64,000 nt of DNA from a virus (lineage: Duplodnaviria > Caudoviricetes). Below the pieces are notes generated by a model, which saw only the letters and a list, made by a program, of their open reading frames with translations, ran no database searches and was not told the DNA's origin. The position numbers and the translations under genes are program-made. The first letter of the stretch is position 1. Each line of letters starts with the position of its first letter. The stretch is from IMG/VR virus record IMGVR_UViG_3300037455_000100, positions 1 to 64,000 of that record, one strand, 5' to 3'. Positions 60,801-64,000 of the stretch are shown here, piece by piece.

Positions 60801-63800
60801 GAGAGATCCAGCTTTCTTAGGCACTAATGATAAGTTTCAGAAGCGTTTTAAAATGTTCTATAGTCCTGTACAAACTTGTTATACTACAGAATACGATTTA
60901 CAACGTTATAATGAAACAGGCGAGATTGTTGAGTTAGATTCTAATAGAAAAAATGCTTTATCAAAAGATACTGAATACTCTTTAATATTAGTTGATGATG
61001 AGATTACTCAAGCAATGTCGTTTGATAATATTAAATCTGCTATTGAAAAAAGATTTCAAGACGGTTATCTTAACAGGACTCAAGCAGATGAGATATTAAA
61101 GAATATGAAAGATATTAATGTAGCTGATGCACAATGTTACAGAACCTTACCTTCATGGCAGAAATGTCTTAATATGATTGGTAAAGGTTATAACAAGAAG
61201 ATGCAACAGTCTATTAATAGATTAATGGATGGAACTTGGTCTTATGAAGATTATCATAATGTCTGGGAGATATTTAAACCTTTTGTAGCTTCCTATAGTA
61301 ATATTGAAAGCGGTATTACCGAGGAGCTGGGTGAGCAATATTCTAATATAGAAGTTCCTATAATGCACAAGAATGCTGAGTTCTTATTATTAGCTATGTA
61401 CACTCAATTAAGCGGTGTTATGAAAACTAATGAGAAGCTCAAAGCACTTAACGAGTTTATGGTTAAACATGGTATCGATAAGGTTCAGTTTGAATCTGCT
61501 GTAAAGGTAGGTAGTCAAGCACCTATTAATATTAATGTATGTAAGACTGCTGATGAAGTAACTTCTACACTTGAGATTGCTACAGGACTAAAAGATAATA
61601 TGCAAGCTAATGAAGGAGACCAACAAGTAGTACATTCTATACCATTCTCTGATTGGGGTATTTCTACCTCAATGCCTGAGCATTTACTTGACCACGAAGA
61701 ATCTTCTATGGGTACTCAGCTTATGAAGATTATTATGGAAGGTCTTTCGGAGAATCCTAATAAGAAAGTTAGAGTTGGTAATACTACTAAGACTTATAAA
61801 CAATGGTTAGAACTTTATCAAGCTATTCATGTACAGAATCTTAAAGATGCTTTTAAAGAAGTAGGTAAGATATTTAATTCTAATGAAGAACTTGCTGAAT
61901 ATCTTAAAAAGCAAATTCTCAAACAAAATAAATATAGCCATGATTTAATTAAACATCTTAAAGTTGTAAATGGTAATTTTGTATATCCCATTATCGACCC
62001 TCTGCTGAGAAGTCAATTTGATTCTTTATGCTCTTCTTTAGTTAGAAATACTGTAACTAAAAGAATGATGCGTATGGGAGCATTACCTCAAGTAGCTAGT
62101 TATGGATTTGAAGAAGAACTTCAACTTAGGTTTACTGATAGAAATGGTAAACTAATTCTCACTGAGAAAGAGTTTAATGAGGAAGGCTCTAATATAGAAG
62201 GTATTGAAACTTGGGAAGCTTATAAAGAGTACGCTAAGGATAACTGCACAAATCTTGCATATATGGAAGTATATTTACCTCCATTCGATACTACATTGAT
62301 GCGTAAGATTAATGATGCTTGTATATATAAAGAAGATGTATATGATAAGAACGGTAAACGTATTCATAGAAGTGGGGAATTTAATGATAAACTTTTCAAT
62401 AAAATCTTTGCTAAAGAGTTACTTGAAGGATTGGCAAACCGTGTACCTACTGAAACTAAACATAGTATAATTCCTATATATGTAAAAGGATTTTTACCAG
62501 CTCAAAATAGCTCGTGTGTTATTATACCAGCTGAATGGATTGCTATATCAGATTCTGATAATGATGGGGACAAGTTATATTGCTATTTCTATCATTCTAA
62601 AGCTGACTGGAATATTAACCAAATGAAGAGAGATTATGCAAGCCATTATGGTTGGAAATATCTAACAAAATCTCAAAGAGAGGAAAATATTAAAAATCTT
62701 TCAAACTTTAAAAATAAAAACTATAAAAAATCTGAAGAACTTGATATATTATGGAACAGTGTTCCAAGATTAGCTGACCCTAATGACCCTGTTTGGCAAT
62801 TAATAACAAAAGAAGTTATTGACGATGATGATGATGCTAATGTTATAGGAAGCTCTACACTAAATACAAAAGTTACTAAGTTTAAAATAGAGGATGATGA
62901 AGAGTTCAGAAGAGTTAAAGAGTTTTACAGACAAGCGTATTTAATGTATGAAAAGTATTGTAAAATTAAACCAGTAGAATTTAAAGAAGTTGGATTAGAG
63001 AGATTAGAAAATGAGTCTGATGAAGATTATCAACAAAGAATTGATTTAGCTAGTATAGAATCCAATAATCGTGAAGCTAGAAATAATAAGTTACTTGAAC
63101 TTATGATTTCTATATGTAGAACTGATGATAACACTGCTCAAATATTAATTCCTGGTGGTTTCCCAATTATAAAACAAGTAGCTAAAGATATGAAGGAATT
63201 ATCTGGTGTTACTGATGATGATATGAGTATTTGTAACCCTGCTGTAAGAACTATACAACAGATTAGAAATATGGCTGGTGCAAATCTTATTGGTATTTAT
63301 GCTAATCATAGAAGTTTTAGACCTCTTCTTGAGCAAGCTAAATGTACAGTATATCAAGAAAATAGACCTATTGTTAATGGTAATAAATCACTGCTTAAAG
63401 ATAAAGCTACTAAACAACCTACTTGGTCATTAAGCTCTGAGAAGAATGCTAGAGGTGAGTTTATATCTGATAATATAAGTAACTTCTCAGGTGCTTCAGT
63501 AGATAATGCTAAAGACCCGTTATTAAGCCATATAGGTCAAAATGAAGTAACTGCCCCTATAAGTATGTTCTTAATACATTGTGGATATACTATCAGAGAA
63601 GTTGCAGCATTTATGAGACAGCCAGCTATCGAGGATTGTGTAAGAGAATATTTATTGTCTGGCAGAAAAGGAACTCTGGATTCTATTATTAAAGCTAAAA
63701 TAGCATCATTACCGTCTTATGCTAATATATCTGAAGATATTACTAATCTTAGTCTAAATTTACTTGACAACCAAATTAGACGTAAAGCTAAAGGTATTTT

Positions 63801-64000
63801 ACAAACAAATGAAGATTTAGTTATTCAAAGAATAGTACTTGAGAACTTATTAAAGATACTACCAGCAAGCAGAGCTATTCAAAACTTAATTACCGTTACT
63901 AAAGCTGATACTCAAGTAGGTGCTTTAAAAGCTAGGAGTTCTGAAAATAAAACTAAGCTCCAACTATTTGAAAGAGTTGAAGATAAAGTACTTGATGATG
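54847..64000 (+). CDS. Giant virion RNA polymerase / polyvalent protein (more than 3050 aa; runs off window)
   Basis: Frame-1 ORF from ATG at 54847 after a TAATTTTG promoter; NRVPTE near 62440 and DSDNDGDKL at 62551-62577 (double-psi barrel catalytic DxDGD); N-terminal ART-like, HD, HExxH and SLOG domains. Confidence 0.88.
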   Translation, partial: MIHCISKNSIYNSEDLEQFNKIQEYFNWSDSVAEAKIGTWMSIHNTAEFPTIDQMKYYIEDSARKQSEKNGYTTEMQQIKDQAVTDGTFMKAPNGKPTNLNERQWLQVRTKAFKEWFGDWESLAESHLNTLEILNEDGSINFDKLEELSDEYFKNADESLFNKGRKTLRERQEHHKGENNTLEHIQNVVKSAQQSNISDSLKQHVVIAAALHDLAKPFHAGNKHGFQSEGLLNKIFKGKVSGLARFAIAHHMMTIEEGQEFTKEDAERIVNDAINRNLDINEAIDVLIALHIADITRGRNLEDIDEYSNKSIREFINNEVENKRQLLKEAANTKEVNSVSKVVDKNGEPLVVYHGSNKKFSEFAKGIAIYTTSIEMANSYYYSEINAEEDSELFYYNGKEEDYGLAREGDYERALLFLNQDKEFLQHLYFTNPNEVPKIQDDFENFIGQNYPEYAIVETEDKEHLGTVYGVLYNKIPKDRYKEIANAFAESQHPSNPVDYYYNKITGKNYDLFNNIKNPLIVDAEDKWWDEIYFNGELLQSTRDIEEYARKHGYDGFIVYNVKDYGGYSLEENYVGSQNIYVAFNPNQTKSATDNIGTFSKEDDNIYKSEDFSKKLKSYTERWTTELQELIDINPDRANAVVADFNEKHFNVNFGVYNGKVTDKNLKIDNISIDNPEAILQHFKNKAKSKEIENIIFNTVYESLIGDTISKSSNAHLKHIFNSIRNKFVKNGIEFSFEYNTSIESSMAFQWREGKPVIFINPNNLRAELTLSDNPLERYTELIIHELTHGLMSSLLEINEEDIKNLSPEAQKCYNDIYDLYNSIKDKLPESYGKTTIHEFISEALSNKEFQLELAKIKYDNTKSLLDRFIEKFVKIVSEYLGIDIKDSALEKVLQITSNFTHTEDSLELINFLSDNNSIYNSQTIINPIFKEESSSGYRERTIKNAKADATIAFAVDFNSAGERLTKKSVLQQNKKYIPIDTNNPEISDELVESTVNQLNAVNAKSLNIAGNGIYTLKGKYTQEQVDEYVYNLLNRVINHPNLKTKIETIRSGGQTGYDEAGIKAAMRLGITSGILAPKGWKFRNVEGKDISDEKAFKDRFNLTTQQSSTIKTTEQPINTHQEFTPVNTTLEQQMKQEWTPQIVQFRTLRIVSEFKKCVNNLERKLDASEQLATQSATRQYLITTKYGTSKILGKVKDSITKTYANLDWVTDFVHDLYEEEDWNTKEVIDKINHIYEQGQLMLKYFEPLCFEASMYIKNMEGVSLLTNDGELVEIDDETTIDEEDFTKHEEGWFYNAHEQSVESQISAETKSVLQNLYETDEYGEPVQYDDLEQSLTLDYRMVLGTVLQLVGKCTSNSQMIPTIKNEVAKHGWMQQILDILMGKDTNFSQIYKGLSKEDIELKAFNLRALFWKDMHKIFVNIAQQTITDKGDIETDIVNHKEGADALMAQFEDDCYDCKPIFDENHKHYKTVYKADGSFDRSIYNSLHEEVSKSNLYKSIIDGTCTSEEIDLIDKVLKSFGVNITKNTIEQLIKGGEETKNSRDNLKNVIFGFYAKNIDNNQPLQSVIKENVNIFDAFRDNYKKIAEIFADNTDGYDESSARVEVDNESKSLFSRIFPNPIHTIFNKLKNNDNLNEEEYQKRIDDEYGHNWWFAPIRKNDRGIFGKGLLNDILTNLGVRNGLRIKTLKASQGISYGHEIDAQAEETRLNEFEASNRNVLGVAFRDFSVPTFSDTGESYYISMPYFDIHNDNQRKELIDRLCEVFKQEMRRINVVEKRAKAGIKPIASFDIEFKFNPKTGKNERVESTTDGSNFHFFKNLNKDKKNIIEQYNSLSIDINAQDKYIRDLVRQSLNEEFIKYLNHYNSCQVNQLPKGKHTEKDRKQLISFINKTVDNRKNIPLTDDQKRVIDNILHILQNDTITEEIFNDLKETLKTTLTEGLVQNEFTANIIRTIDSFALNTENLEKLKDYFYNSFYATTQIIELTMRDPAFLGTNDKFQKRFKMFYSPVQTCYTTEYDLQRYNETGEIVELDSNRKNALSKDTEYSLILVDDEITQAMSFDNIKSAIEKRFQDGYLNRTQADEILKNMKDINVADAQCYRTLPSWQKCLNMIGKGYNKKMQQSINRLMDGTWSYEDYHNVWEIFKPFVASYSNIESGITEELGEQYSNIEVPIMHKNAEFLLLAMYTQLSGVMKTNEKLKALNEFMVKHGIDKVQFESAVKVGSQAPININVCKTADEVTSTLEIATGLKDNMQANEGDQQVVHSIPFSDWGISTSMPEHLLDHEESSMGTQLMKIIMEGLSENPNKKVRVGNTTKTYKQWLELYQAIHVQNLKDAFKEVGKIFNSNEELAEYLKKQILKQNKYSHDLIKHLKVVNGNFVYPIIDPLLRSQFDSLCSSLVRNTVTKRMMRMGALPQVASYGFEEELQLRFTDRNGKLILTEKEFNEEGSNIEGIETWEAYKEYAKDNCTNLAYMEVYLPPFDTTLMRKINDACIYKEDVYDKNGKRIHRSGEFNDKLFNKIFAKELLEGLANRVPTETKHSIIPIYVKGFLPAQNSSCVIIPAEWIAISDSDNDGDKLYCYFYHSKADWNINQMKRDYASHYGWKYLTKSQREENIKNLSNFKNKNYKKSEELDILWNSVPRLADPNDPVWQLITKEVIDDDDDANVIGSSTLNTKVTKFKIEDDEEFRRVKEFYRQAYLMYEKYCKIKPVEFKEVGLERLENESDEDYQQRIDLASIESNNREARNNKLLELMISICRTDDNTAQILIPGGFPIIKQVAKDMKELSGVTDDDMSICNPAVRTIQQIRNMAGANLIGIYANHRSFRPLLEQAKCTVYQENRPIVNGNKSLLKDKATKQPTWSLSSEKNARGEFISDNISNFSGASVDNAKDPLLSHIGQNEVTAPISMFLIHCGYTIREVAAFMRQPAIEDCVREYLLSGRKGTLDSIIKAKIASLPSYANISEDITNLSLNLLDNQIRRKAKGILQTNEDLVIQRIVLENLLKILPASRAIQNLITVTKADTQVGALKARSSENKTKLQLFERVEDKVLDD

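Overview
AT-rich bacteriophage DNA with the gene content and layout of a crAss-like phage (Crassvirales, Bacteroidota host), read in the standard genetic code. (1) Minus strand, 1-10.1 kb: late/packaging module with portal, large terminase, GroES-like, HU/IHF-like, FTR-like and M15 peptidase genes plus tRNA-Asn. (2) Strand switch near 10.1-10.4 kb, then a plus-strand early region. It carries a 4-copy promoter-like motif and a very RNA-structure-rich zone (about 11.6-16.5 kb) with a hammerhead ribozyme, an exon-less group I-like ribozyme abutting tRNA-Leu, tRNA-Arg and tRNA-Gln. (3) 17.6-23.4 kb: mosaic small-gene block that includes a DGR-target-like C-type lectin. (4) 23.5-27.1 kb: inverted island with a tail-fibre-like gene and a GIY-YIG nuclease. 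(5) 29-54 kb: replication and nucleotide metabolism (SF2 helicase, DnaB, Sak4-like ATPase, primase, rIIA/rIIB, UDG, exonuclease, NrdD/NrdG, dUTPase, ThyX-like), with a family A DNA polymerase split by two group I introns that carry LAGLIDADG and GIY-YIG endonucleases. (6) From 54847 to the window end: an ORF of more than 3000 codons, missing from the ORF track, that encodes the virion RNA polymerase (DNDGD motif) fused to polyvalent-protein domains (ART-like with an HD insert, zincin, SLOG). All calls come from reading motifs by eye; no searches were run.
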